Assembly (NCBI GenBank): GCA_043797085.1
Contig: JAZDQA010000011.1
Location: 166,610-230,609, forward strand
Direction of reading: 5' to 3'
DNA from: Pseudomonadota bacterium
GTDB lineage: Bacteria > Campylobacterota > Campylobacteria > Campylobacterales > Sulfurimonadaceae
DNA: 64,000 nt
The notes beneath the pieces were generated by a model, which did no database searches, had not been told where the DNA came from, and saw only the letters and a program-made list of their open reading frames with translations. Each line of letters begins with the position of its first letter. Position 1 is the first letter of the stretch. Below, one piece after another: positions 20,623 to 29,530 of the stretch. The position numbers and the translations under genes were made by a program.

Positions 20623-21639
20623 ATGCAGTTGAAACGTTATACTATTGCTTCATTTATTTTTATATTTTTAGTTGCTATTGCTACTTACAGCATTGATAAT
20701 GACGCAATATCGTTTGATTTGTTGGGGATACATTTTCCTAATCTGCCAATTGCATTTTGGGTTGCTGTTCCTGTCGCGCTTATGTATTTTGTAAGTGTTT
20801 TGCACATGGCGTTTCATGCGTTGTTGGGAAATTTAAAACTTCGTAAATTGGATCGTGACAACGAAAAGATGATTGATGCGCTTCGTGATGGTTTACTGGG
20901 TGTAAGTGAGCGTAGCTATGTTTTCAAAAGTGATGCGTATAAGCTTATGGGCAAATTATTGGATAATTCAGTAATCCTTCCATACGAAACACTTAGAGAA
21001 GTCGGCAACGAAAAAATTGATGAGGCTTTACGTTTGTTACGTGACGTCAAAGATAAGAAAAAGGTTGATATTAAAAAATTTCATTTAGGAAATTCAACTT
21101 CAATTGCCATTGAAAACAATCTGAATCGTTTAGAGCGTGGAGAATTGGGTGCGGATGAAGTATTGTCTCGTGCTGATACGTATGGTGTTATTGTTGCATC
21201 TAAAGCGTATGAATCGTATGTGAAAACCGCTTCGCTCGGATCTGTTTTAAAGTACAAACAATTTTTCAATCAATCCTCACTGATTGATTTTGTCCAACGC
21301 ATCAATAATGCCCAAAATGGTATTGAAATGAGCAATGACGAGTTGACTTCGTTATTTAAATCATTAAAACTAACTTCAGAGGATTATATTAATCTTTCTA
21401 TTGCTATGGCAAAAAATATGGTTCCGGAACAACGTATTCGTTTGTTTGAAACACTTAGTGAAACAAATGATGATGCGATGGAAGGGTATTTTTATACCTT
21501 GTATGACTTACAAATGGTAGATACAGCGAATGAAATCCTTAACAATACATCAAAAGATGATTATTTGATTTTTAAAGCCTATCGTGATTTGAAACGTGCA
21601 AACAAGCATTATGATATTGCCCTATTTTTACGAAAATAA
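20623..21639 (+). CDS. Conserved hypothetical membrane protein (two N-terminal helices, helical cytoplasmic part)
   Basis: 338-aa ORF with AGGAG RBS between dksA and dus. Confidence 0.8.
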   Translation: MQLKRYTIASFIFIFLVAIATYSIDNDAISFDLLGIHFPNLPIAFWVAVPVALMYFVSVLHMAFHALLGNLKLRKLDRDNEKMIDALRDGLLGVSERSYVFKSDAYKLMGKLLDNSVILPYETLREVGNEKIDEALRLLRDVKDKKKVDIKKFHLGNSTSIAIENNLNRLERGELGADEVLSRADTYGVIVASKAYESYVKTASLGSVLKYKQFFNQSSLIDFVQRINNAQNGIEMSNDELTSLFKSLKLTSEDYINLSIAMAKNMVPEQRIRLFETLSETNDDAMEGYFYTLYDLQMVDTANEILNNTSKDDYLIFKAYRDLKRANKHYDIALFLRK

Positions 21640-21646
21640 GATTTAG

Positions 21647-22636
21647 ATGACTCCAAAACTTTCTTTTGACACTCCCATTTATGCTCTTGCCCCTCTTGCG
21701 GGGTATACCGATTTGCCTTTTCGTAACGTAGTTAAAAAATTCGGGGCTGATTTAACCGTGAGCGAGATGCTTAGTTCAAATGCTCTTATTCACGGTTCGA
21801 CTAAAACACTTAAAATGCTAGAACGAAGTCCCAACGAAGATCCTTATTCGGTACAAATCGCAGGCTCTGATGAAGAGGTTGTACGTCGTGCGGTTGAAAT
21901 TCTCAATACTCAAGATTACATTGATATTATTGATTTAAACTGCGGATGTCCCGTACCAAAAATTGTATGTCATGGATCAGGGAGTTCACTTCTTAATGAT
22001 CTTCCTCGAATGGCACGTATCATCGAAACCATTAAAAAAACCTCTACGAGACCTACGTTAAGTGTCAAAATCCGTCTTGGATTTGAAACAAAAAATCATA
22101 TCGAAATCGCTAAGTTGGTCGAATCATGTGGAGCAGATTTTTTGGCTGTCCATGGGCGAACACGTGCAGGAAAATTTAAAGCTCCTGTCGATTACGATGC
22201 GATTGCACAGATCAAAGCTTCGGTCTCTATACCGGTGATTGCCAACGGGGACATTGACTCCTTTGAAAAAGCGCAATGGGTACTGAATCACACAAAAGCC
22301 GATGGCGTTATGATCGGTCGCGGAGCGGTAGGTGCGCCATGGATTTTTCATCAACTCAAATCCGGTAGCAGCAGTGTCGATCCCATGCTTAAGCACGCTA
22401 TTATCATGGAACATTTAGACGGCATGATCCAGTTTTATGGACCTAGAGGGGTAATCATGTTCCGTAAGCATGTTCATACTTATTCCAAGGGATACGAGGG
22501 AGCCTCAGCGATGCGTGATGCGGTAAATCGTATAGATGATCCATCTGAATTTCGCAAGGTAGTCGATGACTTCTTTCTAACCCATATCCAAATCGGCGAG
22601 GGCTTTAAACCTTTTGAAATGAGCTGTGAATGCTAA
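21647..22636 (+). CDS. dusB: tRNA-dihydrouridine synthase
   Basis: LAPLAGYTD, DLNCGCP, VHGRT, NGDI, MIGRGA. Confidence 0.9.
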   Translation: MTPKLSFDTPIYALAPLAGYTDLPFRNVVKKFGADLTVSEMLSSNALIHGSTKTLKMLERSPNEDPYSVQIAGSDEEVVRRAVEILNTQDYIDIIDLNCGCPVPKIVCHGSGSSLLNDLPRMARIIETIKKTSTRPTLSVKIRLGFETKNHIEIAKLVESCGADFLAVHGRTRAGKFKAPVDYDAIAQIKASVSIPVIANGDIDSFEKAQWVLNHTKADGVMIGRGAVGAPWIFHQLKSGSSSVDPMLKHAIIMEHLDGMIQFYGPRGVIMFRKHVHTYSKGYEGASAMRDAVNRIDDPSEFRKVVDDFFLTHIQIGEGFKPFEMSCEC

Positions 22637-22719
22637 ATATAGTTTTCGAAGTAAATCTTTTCCTATAGTCTCTCCTTAGCCACTCTAGCTACAATCTCCC
22701 TTAAAAAAAGGCTCCAATA

Positions 22720-23184
22720 ATGATCGTTGATTTTTATGTTACAGCTATGAAATATTATGAAGTGGGTCGTTTTAAAGAAGCATTTGAAATTTTAGCTTCA
22801 ACCCCGCAAGATCCTCGTTGTGTATATGCACTGGGAACGATGTATTATAACGGTCAAGGCGTCGAACGTAGTTTCGCCAAATCAACCCAGTATTATGCCA
22901 TAGCAGCGGAAGCTGGGATATTACCCGCGCAAGTGAGTGCAGGATTTGCTTACGCAAATGCGATGGGCGTTCCTGAAGATTTTGATAAAGCAGCCTACTA
23001 TCTCAAAATGGCAGTTGCTCAGGGCGAACCAGCCGCGAAAATCACATTAGCAGAGATTTATGCCAAAGGACACGCAGGAGGAAGCCGTAAAGAAGCAGCC
23101 GAACTAATCCGTGATGTTCTAGCCACAACAGGCGGAGAAGAGGCGTATGACGTTTATTCACGCTATGAGTTGAATAACGCTTAA
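22720..23184 (+). CDS. Sel1-repeat protein
   Basis: YALGTMYYNGQGV, AGFAYANAMGV, LAEIYAKG repeats. Confidence 0.85.
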   Translation: MIVDFYVTAMKYYEVGRFKEAFEILASTPQDPRCVYALGTMYYNGQGVERSFAKSTQYYAIAAEAGILPAQVSAGFAYANAMGVPEDFDKAAYYLKMAVAQGEPAAKITLAEIYAKGHAGGSRKEAAELIRDVLATTGGEEAYDVYSRYELNNA

Positions 23185-24059
23185 TACTCTCCGGAAGCTT
23201 TTTCTTTGTACGCATCAAAAGATTCGTCTTGGGTTGTTCCCAGTTGAAAAAAGCCATCAAGCTCCTGATGTTTGGTGCGTAAGAGGGTTTCAAATTCGTT
23301 TTGTGTAATGGGTATGTCGTCTTGAAATTTATCGAGCAGTATTGTATTGTTGCCCAATAAGACTAAATAACTTTGTGTCCCGAAATCGAGCATTGCGACG
23401 GAGTGTACGGGATCGAGCGATTTTTGAAACCGTATTTGAACTCCGCCCCCTTCAATACTGCTTATGGGTGTTGGTGTTGGTACCGTTTTTTTGGTGGCTG
23501 TGTTAAAACTCCATGGGGTTTTTGGTGCAGCATGAATGGCAGTTGCGCGTGAGGCAATATTTTGTTTCAACCAAAACAAGATACCGATGCCGATAACTAA
23601 AATACCGATAACGACATAATAACTTTGTTCAAATTCACTGCCATTTTTGGTGGGTAAAGAAGAGACTTTTTCCGTTGTATCTTGGGCAGTAAGGGGAACA
23701 GTGGTAGGTGTGCTAAATCGTAAACGAAGCCCATATGAATCGGATGTTTTCGATGCTTGCAAAACAACATTATTACTTACTTTTGCCGTTATTTGGATTT
23801 GGTCACCTATGGGTGAAATAGTAATATTTTGAAGATACGTTGAATTGATATTTTTATTGAGCGGGGTATCAATGGAAGCTTCCTCAAGCTTGATGGTAAT
23901 CAATCCGCCTTGTTGGTTTTGGCGCAGCACTCCCTCGTAGGGCGTGTCAAATGTGAGCATGATGTCAACGCGATCATGACGATCATAAACATTGTAACTA
24001 AGGATTTTAGATCCCCAAACAAGGCTGCTTAAAAGTAAAAGTAAAAGAATTTTTTTCAT
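23181..24059 (-). CDS. fliO: Probable FliO (Campylobacterota type, large periplasmic N-terminal domain)
   Basis: Signal peptide, one transmembrane helix, C-terminal FQKSLD...YLVLLG; directly after fliN. Confidence 0.65.
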   Translation of the reverse strand: MKKILLLLLLSSLVWGSKILSYNVYDRHDRVDIMLTFDTPYEGVLRQNQQGGLITIKLEEASIDTPLNKNINSTYLQNITISPIGDQIQITAKVSNNVVLQASKTSDSYGLRLRFSTPTTVPLTAQDTTEKVSSLPTKNGSEFEQSYYVVIGILVIGIGILFWLKQNIASRATAIHAAPKTPWSFNTATKKTVPTPTPISSIEGGGVQIRFQKSLDPVHSVAMLDFGTQSYLVLLGNNTILLDKFQDDIPITQNEFETLLRTKHQELDGFFQLGTTQDESFDAYKEKASGEY

Positions 24060-24409
24060 AGTCTCTCTTTTGATAGATAATAAAGAACCGCACTTGAATC
24101 AAGTACTTCATTGATACGAATGGCAAGATTTTTTTCATAAACCATGACTTCGCCTTTACCGATAATCCGATGATTGACATAGGACTCGACACTTTCACCG
24201 GCTGGTTTTCCTAAATCAATGACGGAACCTTTTTCAAGTTTGAGAATTTCTCCCAGTGAGAGGGTAGTTTGTCCCAAATCGGAAACAAATTCTACTTCCA
24301 TATCGAGTAAACCATCATAGTCCATCCATGAAAGTTCTTTCTTCGAATCGAAAATATTTTTTTTATCAATGGTAGGTGTTTCTGGCAAAGGAAGATCTAA
24401 ATCAGCCAT
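24056..24409 (-). CDS. fliN: Flagellar motor switch protein FliN
   Basis: LEKGSVIDL.KPAGE, GKGEVMVYEKNLAIRI SpoA domain. Confidence 0.93.
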   Translation of the reverse strand: MADLDLPLPETPTIDKKNIFDSKKELSWMDYDGLLDMEVEFVSDLGQTTLSLGEILKLEKGSVIDLGKPAGESVESYVNHRIIGKGEVMVYEKNLAIRINEVLDSSAVLYYLSKERL

Positions 24410-24411
24410 AA

Positions 24412-24834
24412 TTATAATGCCTTTAACGCAATGATCATTTCACCATTGGCAACATGGAAGGCATGAGAACCCTCTGCGTCAAGTGTGAAATGGTCATTGG
24501 CTTGAAAATGAGGTGTTGAAATCGTAAAAGGAGTATGGAAAGATTCTTCATAAAGTACCTTGGCATTTCCTACAATCATATTGGTTGTTTCAAGCAGCAT
24601 GTCCAGCAGTGTCTCCTGATCGTGTATTTCTTCGCCTAAAAAAATTTCAGTAATGCATTGCAGAAGAATATTATCACACCCTATATAGGCACGATGTTTC
24701 TCTCCATTACTATCTTCTATATCAAGATAAGCAATAAGCGTTCTCTTTTTTTGGGACAGAGGTTCAATACGATAGGGCAGACGGATTTGATGGATACAGA
24801 AATTTTCAGCCGCTTTGATGATAGATGACAGCAT
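24412..24834 (-). CDS. cheX: CheX-family chemotaxis phosphatase-like protein
   Basis: ETTNMIVGNAK (E-x-x-N) followed by ISTP; upstream of fliN. Confidence 0.7.
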   Translation of the reverse strand: MLSSIIKAAENFCIHQIRLPYRIEPLSQKKRTLIAYLDIEDSNGEKHRAYIGCDNILLQCITEIFLGEEIHDQETLLDMLLETTNMIVGNAKVLYEESFHTPFTISTPHFQANDHFTLDAEGSHAFHVANGEMIIALKAL

Positions 24835-24946
24835 AGGTACCTCATCAGTAATTATGTATTGTAAATTATTATTGATTATAGCGTAAATTTACAAGGAAAG
24901 AATAGAGATTAAGTGAGTATAATCGCGAAGTATTTAGAAAAATAAA

Positions 24947-25693
24947 GTGTTATATATGACAATTGAACTATCACTGCTTGGTGTTATTGTAGGGACGCTT
25001 TCCGGATTTTTTGGAATAGGAGGCGGAACTGTCAGTGTTCCGTTACTGCTTTATCTCGGATTTGGGATTAAAGAAGCAATCGGAATTTCTATGATGCAAA
25101 TGGTTGCAGGTTCTTTGATGGCGGCTTATATCCATCAAAAAAAGCAAACGTACGTGATGAGAGAAGTAAAGTATTTTGGTTTTGGGGGGATAATCGGAGC
25201 GATAATCGGAGCAATGCTGGTTAAAGTGCTCTCTTCGAGTGTTTTAGAATGGTTTTTTCTTTCCATCGTTGCTTTTACGTTGGTGCGTTTGGCTATGTCT
25301 AATCCCGTCCCAAAACGATTAGAAGTGGTTAATCGACCGCTTTATAGTGCTATCGGTGGCAGTATAGGGGTTTTTTCTGGGATGCTTGGTGTGGGTGGCT
25401 CGATTTTGATGACACCAATATTGGTTAGCTTTATGGGATTTCCACTCAAAAAAGCCTCTGCAGTGGGACTGTTTTTTGTCATGTTTACGTCGATTTCAGC
25501 ATTTGTTACTCTTTGTTGGCTAGGATTTGTTAATCTCCATGCGGGGTTCATCATGGCGCTTAGCTCATTAGCCGGAATTGTTTTAGGAATTTGGTTGCTT
25601 AATCGTGTGAAAGTGACCCACTATAAACAGATTTTGGTTGTTTTTTATATTTTTATTTTCAGCCTAACGGCTTACAAACTCATTGCGGGATAG
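24947..25693 (+). CDS. TauE/SafE sulfite exporter family membrane protein
   Basis: Duplicated SGFFGIGGG / SGMLGVGG motifs, about 8 hydrophobic segments. Confidence 0.88.
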   Translation: MLYMTIELSLLGVIVGTLSGFFGIGGGTVSVPLLLYLGFGIKEAIGISMMQMVAGSLMAAYIHQKKQTYVMREVKYFGFGGIIGAIIGAMLVKVLSSSVLEWFFLSIVAFTLVRLAMSNPVPKRLEVVNRPLYSAIGGSIGVFSGMLGVGGSILMTPILVSFMGFPLKKASAVGLFFVMFTSISAFVTLCWLGFVNLHAGFIMALSSLAGIVLGIWLLNRVKVTHYKQILVVFYIFIFSLTAYKLIAG

Positions 25694-25700
25694 GTTAATT

Positions 25701-28529
25701 ATGGATAAAATTAAAATTATTGGTGCCAGAGAGCACAACCTTAAAAATATTTCTCTTGAGATTCCAAAAAATAAGCTGGTCGTTTGTACGGGAATCAGCG
25801 GAAGTGGAAAATCGACGTTGGCGTTTGATACCCTCTATGCCGAAGGGCAACGCCGCTATATCGAATCGTTATCTTCCTATGCACGGCAGTTTTTGGATCG
25901 TGTCGGAAAGCCCGATGTTGACAAGATCGAAGGGCTGACTCCTGCCATTGCAATCGATCAAAAAACAACCTCTAAAAATCCTCGCTCAACCGTAGGAACC
26001 ATTACCGAAATTTATGACTATTTGAGATTGTTGTATGCGCGTATTGGTATTCAGCATTGCCATTTATGCGGAAATAAGATTACGAAGATGTCGGCACAAG
26101 ACATCATCGATCAGGTGCTCAAGCTTCCTGAAAACTCTAAAATCGTTATTTTAGCCCCGTTGGTACGTGAGAAAAAAGGATCATTTGCCGACATTCTGGA
26201 GTCATTGCGTCATAAGGGATATGTTCGTGCCATGATTGATGGTGTTATGGTGCGTTTGGATGAGGAGATTGAGCTTTCAAAAACGAAAAAGCACTCAATA
26301 AAAGTTGTGATTGACCGTTTGGTTGTTAAAGAAGACAACCATGACCGTGTGGCTCAAGATGTTGAGAAAGCGCTTAAAGAGAGTTACGGTGAAGTAGAGA
26401 TCGAGATTCAAAATTCCGAAGAAGTAGGGCTGCACGAAAAACTGATTCATTACAGTGAGCACAGTGCATGTTTTGACTGCAAAGTAAGTTTTGACCCTCT
26501 TGAGCCATTGTCTTTTTCATTTAACTCTCCCAAGGGAGCATGCACTGAATGTGATGGACTAGGTATTCGATATTCTCTCGATTACGACAAGATTATTGAC
26601 TCCGAACTCCCGATTGAAAAGGGGGCTGTGAAGATTGTTTACGGATTCAATAAAGGGTATTATTTTACGTTTTTGAAAGCATTTTGTGCTACAACGGGTA
26701 TTAACATCACACAGCCTTTTTATACGCTTGAAGAGCATCAAAAAAAGGCGATTTTGCACGGCTCGGTTGAGGATATTGAGTTCAAATGGCAAGATCATCC
26801 TATCAAACGAACGTGGCCTGGGATTGTCCGCATCGCTTACGATATTTTCAAAGATGAGAAAGACCTTGCCGATTATATGTCTGAAAAGCCGTGTAATATT
26901 TGTAATTCTCATCGTCTAAAGCGGGAGTCGTTGGCGGTTAAAGTAGCTGGTCTTGGAATCGGTGACGTCATCTCTATGCCGCTCAAAGATTCATACGCAT
27001 GGTTTACTGATCCCAAAACATTTGAAAATCTTAGTGAGCAAAATGCAATGATTGGGGCTTCTATTTTAAATGAAATCCGTGAACGTCTCTTTTTCCTCTA
27101 CGATGTAGGGTTGGGGTATCTCTCCCTTAGCCGTGATGCCCGTACTATCAGCGGCGGAGAAGCGCAGCGTATCCGTATTGCCAGCCAAATCGGAAGTGGT
27201 TTGACGGGGGTGATGTATGTCCTCGATGAACCCAGTATCGGTTTGCATGAGCGAGATACCTTAAAACTTATCCGTACTCTTCGTTCTTTGCAGGAAAAGG
27301 GAAATACGGTTATCGTTGTTGAACACGATAAAGAGACGATTGAGCATGCAGACTACATTGTTGATATTGGTCCTGGCGCTGGGAAATTCGGTGGAAATGT
27401 TGTTTTTGCAGGAACATTGGAAGAGATGAAAAAGAGCGATACTCTGACCGCACAATATCTTTCAGGACGCAAAAAAATTGAATATTTTTACCGACGAGAG
27501 CAAAAAGAGTGGATGCACATTAAAAATGTTACACTCAATAATATTAACGATTTAAGCGTCTCTATCCCTCTCAATAATTTTGTGTGTGTAACAGGAGTGA
27601 GCGGAAGCGGTAAAAGTTCATTGATTTTACAAACGCTTCTTCCCGTGAGTCGCGAGATTCTCAATCATGCCCGAAAAGTGAACCGTGTCGCAGGAGTTGA
27701 AGTTGAAGGGCTTGAAAAACTCGACAAAGTCATCTATCTCGATCAAAGCCCAATCGGGCGAACCCCCCGTTCTAATCCAGCTACTTATACGGGTGTAATG
27801 GACGAAATCCGTAATCTTTTTACAAAAACGAAAGAATCTCAAATTCGCGGATACACGGCATCTCGTTTTAGCTTTAACGTCAAAGGCGGTCGTTGTGAGA
27901 AGTGTCAAGGTGAGGGTGAAATCAAGATTGAAATGCACTTTTTGCCCGATATTATGGTCAAATGTGATTCATGTCACGGCAGCCGTTACAATCTCCAAAC
28001 CTTGCAAGTCGAGTATAAAGGAAAAACGATTTCCGATGTCCTCAATATGAGTGTCGGCGAAGCGCTAGAATTTTTTGCTCCCATTCCGAAGATTAAAGTG
28101 ATTTTACAGACGCTGAGCGATGTGGGATTGGACTATATTACTTTAGGTCAAAATGCCGTAACCCTCTCAGGCGGGGAAGCACAGCGCATTAAACTCGCCA
28201 AAGAGCTCAGTCGCCGTGATACGGGAAGGACGCTATATATCCTCGATGAACCTACCACAGGATTGCACTTTGATGACGTAAATCGACTTACGAGAGTGCT
28301 TCATAATTTTGTTGAACTGGGTAATTCCGTCTTGGTAATAGAGCATAATCTTGATATGATAAAAAATGCGGATTATATACTCGATTTAGGACCTGAAGGT
28401 GGTTCAGGCGGCGGATTACTCGTTGCACAAGGTGATCCAGAAAGTGTTGCAAAACATTGGGAAGAGACAGGAAGTTTTACCGGAAAATATTTAGCAATTG
28501 AACTTAAGAACCATACTTCTAAGGTATAA
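25701..28529 (+). CDS. uvrA: Excinuclease ABC subunit A
   Basis: GAREHNLKN, two Walker A motifs, zinc fingers, SGGEAQRI twice; ATG 25701 preferred over 25683. Confidence 0.98.
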   Translation: MDKIKIIGAREHNLKNISLEIPKNKLVVCTGISGSGKSTLAFDTLYAEGQRRYIESLSSYARQFLDRVGKPDVDKIEGLTPAIAIDQKTTSKNPRSTVGTITEIYDYLRLLYARIGIQHCHLCGNKITKMSAQDIIDQVLKLPENSKIVILAPLVREKKGSFADILESLRHKGYVRAMIDGVMVRLDEEIELSKTKKHSIKVVIDRLVVKEDNHDRVAQDVEKALKESYGEVEIEIQNSEEVGLHEKLIHYSEHSACFDCKVSFDPLEPLSFSFNSPKGACTECDGLGIRYSLDYDKIIDSELPIEKGAVKIVYGFNKGYYFTFLKAFCATTGINITQPFYTLEEHQKKAILHGSVEDIEFKWQDHPIKRTWPGIVRIAYDIFKDEKDLADYMSEKPCNICNSHRLKRESLAVKVAGLGIGDVISMPLKDSYAWFTDPKTFENLSEQNAMIGASILNEIRERLFFLYDVGLGYLSLSRDARTISGGEAQRIRIASQIGSGLTGVMYVLDEPSIGLHERDTLKLIRTLRSLQEKGNTVIVVEHDKETIEHADYIVDIGPGAGKFGGNVVFAGTLEEMKKSDTLTAQYLSGRKKIEYFYRREQKEWMHIKNVTLNNINDLSVSIPLNNFVCVTGVSGSGKSSLILQTLLPVSREILNHARKVNRVAGVEVEGLEKLDKVIYLDQSPIGRTPRSNPATYTGVMDEIRNLFTKTKESQIRGYTASRFSFNVKGGRCEKCQGEGEIKIEMHFLPDIMVKCDSCHGSRYNLQTLQVEYKGKTISDVLNMSVGEALEFFAPIPKIKVILQTLSDVGLDYITLGQNAVTLSGGEAQRIKLAKELSRRDTGRTLYILDEPTTGLHFDDVNRLTRVLHNFVELGNSVLVIEHNLDMIKNADYILDLGPEGGSGGGLLVAQGDPESVAKHWEETGSFTGKYLAIELKNHTSKV

Positions 28530-28675
28530 CTGATTGTTACGCACATTGAGTAATTTTTTTGTAAATTCAACTCTAAACTTCATTCTTTAAGAAGCAGTGG
28601 TACTTTTATTTTAGATAATTTAGCACGTGAGTCTTTGAATTTTCAAAAAAAATCACTCAATGTGCGTAAGGTCAG
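28530..28675. mobile_element. MITE-like non-autonomous element (146 bp)
   Basis: Inverted repeats 28537-28570 / 28635-28669 (2 mismatches, 1 indel), outer CTGA/TCAG ends, flanking direct repeat GGTATAA at 28523-28529 and 28676-28682. Confidence 0.8.
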
Positions 28676-28714
28676 GGTATAATACAAACAATAGGTTTTA
28701 GTGAGGAATATGTA

Positions 28715-29527
28715 ATGAAAAGTTCGATGATTAATAGTATTAAGTCTTTGCCACCGCTTCCAAAAACGGTTATTGATATGCAGCGAGTGTGCAATGATCC
28801 TAATTCATCGATTAGTGATTTAGTAAAAACAGTTGACCATGACCCGATGATTGTAGCCAATTTGCTCAAAGCGGCAAATTCCCCTCTTTACAGTCTTCGT
28901 CGTGAAATCAGCAGTGTTGCTCAAGCGGTTTCTCTTTTTGGGATGAGTATGACCCGTTCTATCGGTTTGGGTAATTCGGTGCGAAAGTTGCTGAATGTTG
29001 ATATGGAGCCATACGGGATTAGTTCAGACCGTTTTGCTGAGATTTCATCCATGCAGGCAGTTTTAGCACAAAAATGGTACAGCCAAATCGATCGTGCAAA
29101 AGCAGACAAACTTTTTCTTGCAGCTTTCTTGCAAGAGACGGGTAAGATTGTTATTGCCAGTGATATTATTCAAGAAGATGTTGTGACGAGTTTTAAATCG
29201 GATATTGAAGTGGCGATTGATATATCCAGCGTTGAGCGCAGTTATGTGGAAGCAACGACAGCAGAGGTTGCAGCGGCTATTTTTACCCACTGGAATTTTG
29301 ATAAAGAATTTGTTTCAATGATTGAATACTCGGAAGCTCCTGAAAATGCACCCGATGAGCTCAAAGAACTTTCAATGGTACTTAGTGTTATCAAAACCAT
29401 TATGCCGATTAATGATCCTTTATCGGAGAGAGCAATTATTCAAGGGCTTAAAAAAGCCGAAGCGGCAGGTTTAAATACCGTTGCATTGCAAAAAGCAATT
29501 GATGCTATTTTGGAACAAAACAGTTAA
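28715..29527 (+). CDS. HDOD-domain signal transduction protein
   Basis: LPPLP, DPMIVANLLKAANSPLY, QAVSLFG, WNF. Confidence 0.9.
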   Translation: MKSSMINSIKSLPPLPKTVIDMQRVCNDPNSSISDLVKTVDHDPMIVANLLKAANSPLYSLRREISSVAQAVSLFGMSMTRSIGLGNSVRKLLNVDMEPYGISSDRFAEISSMQAVLAQKWYSQIDRAKADKLFLAAFLQETGKIVIASDIIQEDVVTSFKSDIEVAIDISSVERSYVEATTAEVAAAIFTHWNFDKEFVSMIEYSEAPENAPDELKELSMVLSVIKTIMPINDPLSERAIIQGLKKAEAAGLNTVALQKAIDAILEQNS

Positions 29528-29530
29528 TTA

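Noticed and set aside
28530..28675. Interpretation as a simple uvrA terminator
   Set aside because: The arms are about 64 nt apart and the flanks are duplicated, which fits an insertion better
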